In this document: positions 39,481 to 46,855 of the stretch, one piece after another
How the letters are laid out: every line of letters begins with the position of its first letter
Position numbering within the stretch: the first letter of the stretch is position 1
Origin: an uncultured Candidatus Saccharibacteria bacterium
GTDB lineage: Bacteria > Patescibacteriota > Minisyncoccia > Minisyncoccales > GWA2-38-27
Direction of reading: 5' to 3'
Length of the DNA stretch: 59,795 nt
Assembly: GCA_964391095.1 (NCBI GenBank)
Contig: CAYMJA010000001.1
Location: 1-59,795 of the forward strand
The notes under the pieces: generated by a model
The model's database searches: none
What the model was told of the DNA's origin: nothing
The model's input: the letters and a program-made list of their open reading frames with translations, nothing else
Position numbers and translations under genes: made by a program

Positions 39481-40929
39481 ATGACTAAAACAGTGCGAAC
39501 CATTTTACTTTTATCTCTAGTAATTTTGTTTTTAATAGTTGCTCCTCTAACTATTTTATATTCTTTGGGCTGGCGTTTTGACTGGGAAACAAAAAAAATT
39601 ATCCAACCAGGGGTTTTTTATTTCAAAACTTGGCCTAAAAATGCCCGAATTTACCTTAACACTGAATTTAAAAAGAAAACTGACTTTTTCTTCGGTTCAG
39701 CTCTTATTGAAAATCTTCCACCCAAGCAATATGCTGTAGAAATCAGAAAACAAGGATTTCATAGTTGGAGAAAAACTTTGGAAATAAAAAAAAGACAGGT
39801 TACAGAGACAAAAAATATTACTTTAATCCCAGAAAATCCTAACTTTACAATTATATCCCAAGGAATAGAAAATTTTTATTTTTCTCCTGATAATAAAAAA
39901 ATAATTTCAAAGGAGAGAATAAATACGAATCCTGAAAATCCTGAAAACCCAAGCTGGGCTTTAAAACTCTTTGATTTAGAAAAAAATGTCAAAAGTCACT
40001 TAATTGAGGAAAAAGATATATCTTCTAAACAGGTTCAACTAATTGATTTAAAGTTTTCTCCCGACTCAAAAAAAATATTGCTTGAAGTTGGGATAGAGGA
40101 AAAACCAATCTATTTTCTTTTAGAAATAGATAGAACTCCTGCAGTTTTAACTCCTCTTGATTTCTTAGACAGAGATATAAGAGAAATCTATTTTATTCCC
40201 AGAGATTCCCAAAAATTATTAATACTATTCTCCTTTGACGAAGACAAGGGGAAAGTAAGAAAATTAAGCGAGGTAGATTTAATGAACAAAAAAATCTCTT
40301 CACCCTATCTTGAGAATATAATTACTTGCTCGGTCCTTAAAGACAATATTTATTGTCTTGATAACTTAGGTTTTGTTTTTAGAACTGATTTCTCTTTCTC
40401 TTCTGAAGAAAAATTAAATACAACTCCTCTTTCTCTAAGGGTGGAAACTGAATACAAAATATCTGGAATAAACTCCCATATTTTCCTGAAAGAAGGTAAT
40501 GTTTTATATTTTTTCAATAAAGATAAAAAAATTTTCAAAAAACTTTTTGAACCGGTTAAAAATTTAAGATTTTCACCAAATTCTAAAAAAATAGTTTATT
40601 TCAATAATTATGAAATCTGGATTTTGTTTTTGGAACAAACATACGACCAGCCTCAAAAAGGAGCAGGAGAACAAGTATTTTTAACTCGTTTTTCAGAAAA
40701 AATTGATGAAGTTTTTTGGTACACAAATCATTATTTAGTATTCAATGTCGGGGATAAAATAAAAATCGCCGAAATCGACGACCGAGATAAAATAAATATT
40801 GTTAATTTCGTTGAGTTTCCTTCCTCTAAAGAAGATAAAACCTCTAAGATATTCTGGAATCAAGATAATAAAAAGTTATATATTTTATCTGAAAAAATTT
40901 TATACACTTCGAAAAAATTAGTTCCTTGA
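39481..40929 (+). CDS. Membrane-anchored PEGA-domain / beta-propeller-like protein
   Basis: N-terminal TM, a PEGA-like segment (ARIYLN...YAVEIRKQGFHSW), and repeated FSPD/FSPN..KKI motifs. Confidence 0.6.
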   Translation: MTKTVRTILLLSLVILFLIVAPLTILYSLGWRFDWETKKIIQPGVFYFKTWPKNARIYLNTEFKKKTDFFFGSALIENLPPKQYAVEIRKQGFHSWRKTLEIKKRQVTETKNITLIPENPNFTIISQGIENFYFSPDNKKIISKERINTNPENPENPSWALKLFDLEKNVKSHLIEEKDISSKQVQLIDLKFSPDSKKILLEVGIEEKPIYFLLEIDRTPAVLTPLDFLDRDIREIYFIPRDSQKLLILFSFDEDKGKVRKLSEVDLMNKKISSPYLENIITCSVLKDNIYCLDNLGFVFRTDFSFSSEEKLNTTPLSLRVETEYKISGINSHIFLKEGNVLYFFNKDKKIFKKLFEPVKNLRFSPNSKKIVYFNNYEIWILFLEQTYDQPQKGAGEQVFLTRFSEKIDEVFWYTNHYLVFNVGDKIKIAEIDDRDKINIVNFVEFPSSKEDKTSKIFWNQDNKKLYILSEKILYTSKKLVP

Positions 40930-40990
40930 CCCCGCCCTCTATGCATATATATACTTCATTCAGCTTAGAGGGTGGGATTGATTATTCGTT

Positions 40991-41695
40991 TTAATCTTGA
41001 GATTCTATCTTTGCTCTTAAATTATCCCATTTCATTTCAGTTGCTTCTCCTATATTACAAATTTCTCTAAATTGGCAATATTGACATTGCCAGTTATTTG
41101 GATAATTAGGGATACGCGAAGGGATAATATTGGAATCAACCTGTTTTTTAAGGTTGGCTAATTCTTCTAAAAGAGACCTAGCTTGAGCTTGATTATAATG
41201 AACCATAAATTCTTTTAATTGTTGGTTGTCTTTATTGACATAAAGTAATATCCCTTTTGGAATTTTAAAATAATGCAAATAGAGTTGAATTTGATTAATA
41301 TTTTCTTCTTTAGCTTGACTTAAATATCTAAAACCCGTACTATTTATGCTTTTAATATCGAGGACATACAACTCTTTACCATCACTAATGACTGCGTCGG
41401 CTCTTCCTGAAATCAATTCTTGAGGAGGGATATTTACCTCTGAGGCTATTACATGAATATCCTTAGTGCTGAGAAGAGAATTCATAATGAGTTCATGAAT
41501 ATGATTGCCGTGGTCAAACAATCTTAAAATATTTGCTTCCATTTCTTTTCTGGGAGCATTTTTAAATTTAAAAAATATTGAGCGGGGACATTTTCCAGCA
41601 TCTGAAATATAAAAATGATGCTGCTCTTTATCTTTTTGCCTGTCTAAATAAAATTTATCGATGATTTCTCTCAACATGATTATCTTTTTTTCCAC
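40991..41695 (-). CDS. Cas4-like PD-(D/E)XK nuclease with 4-Cys cluster (orphan)
   Basis: N-terminal Cys (GKCPRS), D...DIK catalytic core, QIQLYLHY, C-terminal CQYCQFREIC. Confidence 0.7.
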   Translation of the reverse strand: MEKKIIMLREIIDKFYLDRQKDKEQHHFYISDAGKCPRSIFFKFKNAPRKEMEANILRLFDHGNHIHELIMNSLLSTKDIHVIASEVNIPPQELISGRADAVISDGKELYVLDIKSINSTGFRYLSQAKEENINQIQLYLHYFKIPKGILLYVNKDNQQLKEFMVHYNQAQARSLLEELANLKKQVDSNIIPSRIPNYPNNWQCQYCQFREICNIGEATEMKWDNLRAKIESQD

Positions 41696-41723
41696 TGGGA
41701 AGCTAATTTCATACCTCTAAAAC

Positions 41724-41752
41724 TTGACAAGAATTTAGTTTGGGTGTATAGT
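41724..41752 (+). promoter_or_regulatory. Sigma70-like promoter (TTGACA-17-TATAGT)
   Basis: Lies upstream of the RBS AAAGGAGGTGG and the ATG at 41778. Confidence 0.6.
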
Positions 41753-41777
41753 GTATAACAGAAAGGAGGTGGGGAAA

Positions 41778-41978
41778 ATGAAGATCTTTGAAAACAAGCT
41801 AGTTACATTTCTCTTGAGTATCGTTGTACTATTACTGGTAGAGGGTATTCTTGTGAATCTATTCCTTCCTCTTCGAGAGATGAGTGAAGGTACAAGGCTC
41901 GGGATTGGTATGATGTTACTGATAATAACGGCTTTTGCTGCGGTTGGAATAACCGCCCTCATCTCAGCCGACTCGTGA
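41778..41978 (+). CDS. Small two-TM membrane protein (66 aa)
   Basis: Strong RBS, two hydrophobic helices, elevated GC. Confidence 0.6.
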   Translation: MKIFENKLVTFLLSIVVLLLVEGILVNLFLPLREMSEGTRLGIGMMLLIITAFAAVGITALISADS

Positions 41979-42057
41979 GAATAACCCTTCTTAAAGGCAC
42001 CGAAAGTCAAATCCTTCAAAAGATAATTGACCATAAGTGCCTTTTTTTTATTTTCTC

Positions 42058-42084
42058 TTTACCTCTTCTGCCATTGGGGAGCAC
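42058..42084. repeat. Direct repeat 1: duplicate of the rpsI 3' end
   Basis: TTTACCTCTTCTGCCATTGGGGAGCAC is identical to 42697-42723. Confidence 0.95.
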
Positions 42085-42100
42085 AACTTTGCTCGCCAAT

Positions 42101-42129
42101 TTGACAAATCTTTTAAGATACGCTATAAT
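42101..42129 (+). promoter_or_regulatory. Consensus sigma70 promoter (TTGACA-17-TATAAT)
   Basis: Lies immediately after direct repeat 1 and upstream of the 148-aa ORF. Confidence 0.65.
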
Positions 42130-42174
42130 CTTTTAGAATAGGATTACCAATTCAACAAGGAAAGGAGAATAGAA

Positions 42175-42621
42175 ATGATTGCGTTCCTGGTTTATCTGGT
42201 GGCGATGGCTGTTGTTCTCGCCTTCTGGGAAATCCAGATCGAAAGCAAGGACGGTTGGGCAGAGAAACTGCCATGCTGGCGAGTGAAGAAAGGATGGATC
42301 GTAAGAATTCTGGGAGGACGACCTTTAACAGGGTATCATTTCTTTATGGTCGTTTTCCTAGTAGCTATAATCCACCTACCAGTATTCTTTGCTTCTTGGA
42401 GCTGGCAACTGGAGAGTCTTCTTATCGGTAGCTTAATAGGGTTACTGGTAATGGAGGATTTTCTCTGGTTTGTCTTTAATCCCCATTGGGGATTAAGAAA
42501 CTTCAAAAGAGGAAAGATTTGGTGGCATCCTACTTGGTGGGGGCCAATACCAGATTTTTACTGGTGGTTCTTGATTGTCGCTGGCTTGCTAATTTATTTC
42601 GGGAAGTCAGCAACGGTATGA
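42175..42621 (+). CDS. Hypothetical Trp-rich 4-TM membrane protein (148 aa)
   Basis: RBS GGAAAGGAG, four hydrophobic segments, elevated GC. No motif recognised. Confidence 0.65.
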   Translation: MIAFLVYLVAMAVVLAFWEIQIESKDGWAEKLPCWRVKKGWIVRILGGRPLTGYHFFMVVFLVAIIHLPVFFASWSWQLESLLIGSLIGLLVMEDFLWFVFNPHWGLRNFKRGKIWWHPTWWGPIPDFYWWFLIVAGLLIYFGKSATV

Positions 42622-42696
42622 ACCTCCTTTCTCTTCTACTCGCTATCTCAAAGAGCTCTGGTTAAAAACTGGGGCTCTCTCTTTATCATTTTCAAG

Positions 42697-42723
42697 TTTA
42701 CCTCTTCTGCCATTGGGGAGCAC
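42697..42723. repeat. Direct repeat 2: authentic rpsI 3' end (stop plus last 8 codons)
   Basis: Identical 27-mer, encoding APQWQKR* on the minus strand. Confidence 0.95.
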
Positions 42724-43267
42724 GGCGAGCGCGCTTTAAGCCAAATTTCTTTCTTTCTCTGACTCTTGGGTCCCTCGTTAAATAACCTGCTTTACGTAAT
42801 CTCTTGCGAAAATCAGGGTTAAACTTTACTAATGTCCGAGCTATCCCGTGTCTTACAGCTTCAGCTTGGGCATAAATTCCTCCTCCTCTTACTTTGACCA
42901 AAACCTTAAACTTATCAAGGGATTTCATCTTCCTGAGAGAATCGGTAGCAACTTGCTGAAGTTCAGGAGTAAAAAAATAATTCTGATAAGGTTTTGCATT
43001 AACTAAAATCTCCTTTTTCCCTTTAGTAAAAATTCTCACCCGAGCCAGCGCTGTTTTTCGTTTGCCAATACTCTCAAGATATCGCGCCGGTTTGATAGCT
43101 TTCTTCTTAACTTCTTTTTTCTCAACCTTCTTCTTGGTAGTTGTTTTCTTTTCTACTTTCTTTATTTTTTCACCCCCCCGCACCTTTTCTGCAGAAATGG
43201 TGCTGGGTTTAGCCTTCTTGGGTTTCTTCCTGGCAGATTTTTTGGTTTTAGTTATTACTTTCTTCAT
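42698..43267 (-). CDS. rpsI: 30S ribosomal protein S9 with about 60-aa Lys-rich N-terminal extension
   Basis: GKRKTALARVRI...GGGIYAQAEAVRHGIARTL...RERKKFGLKRARRAPQWQKR. Confidence 0.95.
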   Translation of the reverse strand: MKKVITKTKKSARKKPKKAKPSTISAEKVRGGEKIKKVEKKTTTKKKVEKKEVKKKAIKPARYLESIGKRKTALARVRIFTKGKKEILVNAKPYQNYFFTPELQQVATDSLRKMKSLDKFKVLVKVRGGGIYAQAEAVRHGIARTLVKFNPDFRKRLRKAGYLTRDPRVRERKKFGLKRARRAPQWQKR

Positions 43268-43274
43268 AAATTGA

Positions 43275-43622
43275 TTATTCTATTTTAAGTCGTTTAATTT
43301 GTCTGGTTCTCAACTTATTCTTAGGCAGCATTCCAAAAACTGCTTTTTTTAAAACTTCTCCAGGATTTTTTCTAAAAAGTTTTTCAAAAGGAACCTCTTT
43401 TAACCCTCCCAAGTAGCCGGTATGATGGTAATAAATTTTCTTTTCGTTTTTTTTACCCGTCAATTTGATTTCATTAATATTTTTAACAACAACAAAATCT
43501 CCCATATCTTGATTAGGGACAAAGTCCGGTCTCTGCTTACCGCGTAAAAGAACTGCGATTTCAGTTGCTAATCGTCCCAAAACTTTATTGCTGACATCAA
43601 TGGTGTGGGTTTTGCGTTCCAT
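43275..43622 (-). CDS. rplM: 50S ribosomal protein L13
   Basis: LGRLATEIAVLLRGK...YYHHTGYLGGLK. Confidence 0.93.
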   Translation of the reverse strand: MERKTHTIDVSNKVLGRLATEIAVLLRGKQRPDFVPNQDMGDFVVVKNINEIKLTGKKNEKKIYYHHTGYLGGLKEVPFEKLFRKNPGEVLKKAVFGMLPKNKLRTRQIKRLKIE

Positions 43623-43626
43623 AAAT

Positions 43627-43986
43627 TCATTTAACAAGTTCAATTATTGCCATTTTCGCCCCGTCGCTTTTTCTTGGCCCCAGTTTGATAATTCTAGTAT
43701 ATCCTCCTTTTCTCTCCCTATATCTTGGAGCAATTTCGTTAACTAATCTCTTAACTAATTTTTTTGAAAAATATTTTGCTAAAATCCGTCTCGAGGCTAA
43801 ATCCCCTTTTTTTGCCCGGGTTATAAGTTTATCTGCGAATACTGAAATTTCCTTAGCTTTTGCCTCATTAGTCCTCATTTTCTCCCTTAAAAAAAGGGCT
43901 CTGGTCAAAGATTTTAACAGGGCTTTTCGCTGGTCTTTTTTTCTTGAAAATTTTCTTCCTCGTTTTTGCTTACGCATATTGCTCAC
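43627..43986 (-). CDS. rplQ: 50S ribosomal protein L17
   Basis: RKALLKSLTRALFLREKMRTNEAKAKE...GGYTRIIKLGPRKSDGA. Confidence 0.93.
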   Translation of the reverse strand: MSNMRKQKRGRKFSRKKDQRKALLKSLTRALFLREKMRTNEAKAKEISVFADKLITRAKKGDLASRRILAKYFSKKLVKRLVNEIAPRYRERKGGYTRIIKLGPRKSDGAKMAIIELVK

Positions 43987-44837
43987 TTTTTTGATTTCTT
44001 CTTTGGCTTTTTTTGTTTCTTTTTGACCACCGTAGCCTTTTTGGCTGCCGTAACTTTACCCTTCACTTTTCTTTTAGAAAGGGTGAAGGGTTTAACAGAA
44101 GCGGATTTCTTTTTGGAAACCTTCTCTTCAAAAACCTTCTTTTCTTCCGGGACCTTAAAGCTTTCTCTAAACAAGGAAAAGTGTTTTACTAAAATTTCCG
44201 ATGCCCGATAGAACGCTTCTTTGGGAGTAACTGTTCCGTCGGTTTTAATTTCTAAATATAATCTGTCAAAATCTGTCCTTTCTCCTACCCGCATATTTTC
44301 TACTTTATAACTTACTCTTCTGATTGGGGTAAAAATAGCATCAATGGGTATAACGCCAATTTCTAATTTCTCCTGTTTCTTTCTCCGTTCAATCGGTTCA
44401 TATCCAATCCCTTTTTTGATTTGAATTTCCATCTCTAATTCTGCTTTTTTATCAGTTAAAGTAGCAATATGACAGGATTTATTTATTAATTCAACCTGAC
44501 TGGGATAATCGAAATCAGAACCCTTAACTTCTTTTTCTCCTTTAACTTTCAATAATGCTTTTTGGGGCTCATCAGCATATATTTTAAATCTCATTTGTTT
44601 CAAATTCATCATAATCACAATTACATCTTCTAAAACCCCAGGTATTGTTGAAAATTCGTGCTGTACTCCTTTTATTTTCATTTGGGTTACAGCTGCTCCC
44701 GACAAAGAAGAAAGCAAAACTCTTCGAAGACAGTTCCCGATAGTTACTCCATAACCAGGGTATAAGCCCTCAATTTCAAAACGAGCCCAATTATCTTTTT
44801 TGCTAATAATTTTAGATTGCCGTGGTAAAAGTATCAT
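43983..44837 (-). CDS. rpoA: RNA polymerase alpha subunit, N-terminal domain only, plus Lys-rich tail
   Basis: GYGVTIGNCLRRVLLSSL, PIRRVSYKVENMRVGERTDFDRL. No alpha-CTD helix-hairpin-helix sequence is present. Confidence 0.92.
   Translation of the reverse strand: MILLPRQSKIISKKDNWARFEIEGLYPGYGVTIGNCLRRVLLSSLSGAAVTQMKIKGVQHEFSTIPGVLEDVIVIMMNLKQMRFKIYADEPQKALLKVKGEKEVKGSDFDYPSQVELINKSCHIATLTDKKAELEMEIQIKKGIGYEPIERRKKQEKLEIGVIPIDAIFTPIRRVSYKVENMRVGERTDFDRLYLEIKTDGTVTPKEAFYRASEILVKHFSLFRESFKVPEEKKVFEEKVSKKKSASVKPFTLSKRKVKGKVTAAKKATVVKKKQKKPKKKSKK
44058..44091. repeat. CCCTTCAC-family inverted repeat in the rpoA tail
   Basis: ACCCTTCAC...GTGAAGGGT with TTTA on both flanks, encoding KPFTLSKRKVKGK. 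Confidence 0.8.
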
Positions 44838-44953
44838 AATATTTGCTTCGCAAACATCGCTGATTTATACTGATGGAACTGATTTACACAGATGCATTAT
44901 CGGCATTGATTAGCTAAAATCAGCATTAATTAGCGTTTTCACGAAGTGAAAAA

Positions 44954-45619
44954 TTAACGTGAGTAAAATTCGAAAATAGCAGAAATTTCTGCTGGCGGAA
45001 TTATTTCTTCTGAAGACGGTTCGCTAATAATTTCTCCCTCCAATTTTTCAATATTAACTTTAATCCAAGAAGGAGGTTTATACTTTTTTAAAACTGTAGG
45101 AAGGTTTTGAAAAATAATTTTTTTACGGGAACGAGGATTCAAACTAATCTTATCGCCCTTTTTTGTCTGAAAAGAGGGAATATTAACCATCTTTCCATTA
45201 ACTAAAAAATGATTATGGTTAATAATTTGATGGGCTTGACGACGAGAAGGAGTAAACCCCATTCTAAAAACCACATTATCTAAACGGCTTTCTAATTTTT
45301 TCACCAATAAAGCGCTTGTATCTTCCCCGCCCGCAACGCTTCGCGAAGCGATGCGGGTGGGTACCTTTCCTCGTTTTTCAAGAACTTCTTTTATATATTT
45401 TCTAAATTGTTTTTCTTCCAAATTATACCAAGCTTTTAATTTCTGTTTTTCTCTTAATTCCCTTCCATATTCAGAAATCGTCCTTCTTCTTCTCTTGCTT
45501 TTTATTCCTGGCGAATACGGTCTTGTTACCATTGAACACTTTGGCGATAAGCATCTCTCGCCTTTAAGAAAAAGTTTCTGCCCTAACTTTCTACAAATTT
45601 TACATTTATTACTTTTCAT
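44954..45619 (-). CDS. rpsD: 30S ribosomal protein S4 with in-frame GC-rich insert
   Basis: Zn-ribbon N-terminus (CKICRKLG...CLSPKC), LESRLDNVVFRMGF, S4 domain. Confidence 0.95.
   Translation of the reverse strand: MKSNKCKICRKLGQKLFLKGERCLSPKCSMVTRPYSPGIKSKRRRRTISEYGRELREKQKLKAWYNLEEKQFRKYIKEVLEKRGKVPTRIASRSVAGGEDTSALLVKKLESRLDNVVFRMGFTPSRRQAHQIINHNHFLVNGKMVNIPSFQTKKGDKISLNPRSRKKIIFQNLPTVLKKYKPPSWIKVNIEKLEGEIISEPSSEEIIPPAEISAIFEFYSR
45325..45361. repeat. GC-rich palindromic element (core CGCCCGCAACGCTT) in-frame in rpsD
   Basis: CCCCGCCCGCAACGCTTCGC|GAAGCGATGCGGGTGGG, encoding PTRIASRSVAGG. Confidence 0.92.
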
Positions 45620-45620
45620 A

Positions 45621-46073
45621 TCAAACTCTCCTCGCCTTAGGCGGTCTACAACCGTTATGTGGTATTGGAGTTACATCTATAACAGAAGAAATACCTAAAC
45701 CATGAGTAGCTAAAGACCTGATAGCTGATTCCCGACCAGACCCTATTCCTTTTACTAAAACCGTTACCTGTTCTACTCCTAATTTTTTAGCAGCTAAGGT
45801 TAATGCTTCAGCTACTTTTGAGGCAGCAAAAGGTGTAGCTTTTTTTGTTCCCTTAAACCCAATAGAACCTGCACTAGCCCAAGTTAAAACATTTCCCTGT
45901 AAATCGGTTAAAGTAATTATGGTGTTATTGTAAGAGGAAGAAATATAAATTTTTCCCTCTTTTGTTTCGGGGATAACTGAAACCTTGGGCTCTTTTTTCA
46001 TTCCCGCCTCTATAGTTTCTCTTTCTTTTAATATCTCTTCTTTGGTTTTTTCTACTATACGTTTCTTACCCAT
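45621..46073 (-). CDS. rpsK: 30S ribosomal protein S11
   Basis: [36 protein letters not shown]. Confidence 0.95.
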   Translation of the reverse strand: MGKKRIVEKTKEEILKERETIEAGMKKEPKVSVIPETKEGKIYISSSYNNTIITLTDLQGNVLTWASAGSIGFKGTKKATPFAASKVAEALTLAAKKLGVEQVTVLVKGIGSGRESAIRSLATHGLGISSVIDVTPIPHNGCRPPKARRV

Positions 46074-46075
46074 GT

Positions 46076-46465
46076 TTATTTGGGTTCTGGAGCAGCTCTT
46101 TTCCCTGATCCCACTGTCTTTCTTATATTTCCCCGAACAGTCCTGTTGTTAGTTCTGGTCCTTTGACCTCTAACCGGCAATCCTTTGGCATGACGAATTC
46201 CCCGCCAAGAACCAATCTCGCGCAATCTTTTAATATTCAACATTACTTCTCTTCGAAGTTCTCCTTCGGTTTTATATTTCTTTTCAATAATATCTTTTAG
46301 TCTATTGATTTGCTCCGGGGTCAAGTCAGAAGCACGTTGATTAGGCTTAATACCCGCTTCTGCTAAAATTTTCCTACTCAAAACTAACCCTATACCATAT
46401 ATATGAGTTAAAGCCGTCTCTATTTGTTTTTGTTCAGGAATATTAATCCCAGCAATACGCGGCAT
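46076..46465 (-). CDS. rpsM: 30S ribosomal protein S13
   Basis: [13 protein letters not shown]...IYGIG. The longer track ORF overlaps rpmJ. Confidence 0.93.
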   Translation of the reverse strand: MPRIAGINIPEQKQIETALTHIYGIGLVLSRKILAEAGIKPNQRASDLTPEQINRLKDIIEKKYKTEGELRREVMLNIKRLREIGSWRGIRHAKGLPVRGQRTRTNNRTVRGNIRKTVGSGKRAAPEPK

Positions 46466-46469
46466 AGAT

Positions 46470-46583
46470 TTATCCTTGGCGCTGTTTATGTTTAGGGTTT
46501 TTACAAACCACATATACCCTTCCTTTACGCCTCACAATTTTGCAACTTTTGCAAATTTTTTTTACTGAAGAGCGAACCTTCAT
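46470..46583 (-). CDS. rpmJ: 50S ribosomal protein L36 (37 aa, below ORF-track cutoff)
   Basis: Manual translation gives [37 protein letters not shown]. Confidence 0.9.
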   Translation of the reverse strand: MKVRSSVKKICKSCKIVRRKGRVYVVCKNPKHKQRQG

Positions 46584-46587
46584 ATTT

Positions 46588-46812
46588 TTACTTGCCTCTA
46601 TAGACTATTCTGCCTCGATTCTCATCATAGGGGCTTATTTCAACTATTACTTTATCACCGGGTAAAATCTTAATTCGATAAATTCTTAATCTTCCGGCTA
46701 AATGAGCGATTATTTCTTTTCCTTCATCTAACCTTACTCGAAAATGAGTACTTGGTAAGGACTCTAAAACAACACCGTTTTTTCGATAAACATTTTTATT
46801 AGACTTTCCCAT
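46588..46812 (-). CDS. infA: Translation initiation factor IF-1
   Basis: [31 protein letters not shown]...[11 protein letters not shown]. Confidence 0.95.
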   Translation of the reverse strand: MGKSNKNVYRKNGVVLESLPSTHFRVRLDEGKEIIAHLAGRLRIYRIKILPGDKVIVEISPYDENRGRIVYRGK

Positions 46813-46826
46813 TTAGATAATTGATT

Positions 46827-46855
46827 AGTTTAACAAGGTTCTTTTGACTAGTCAA
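46827..46855 (-). promoter_or_regulatory. Sigma70-like promoter for infA operon (GGGGTTGACT-17-TAAACT)
   Basis: The -35 box overlaps the stop region of the upstream ORF. Confidence 0.5.

Noticed and set aside
41735-42034. 99-aa minus-strand ORF opposite the small membrane protein
   Set aside because: The plus-strand ORF has a consensus promoter and a strong RBS (AAAGGAGGTGG). The minus ORF has neither.
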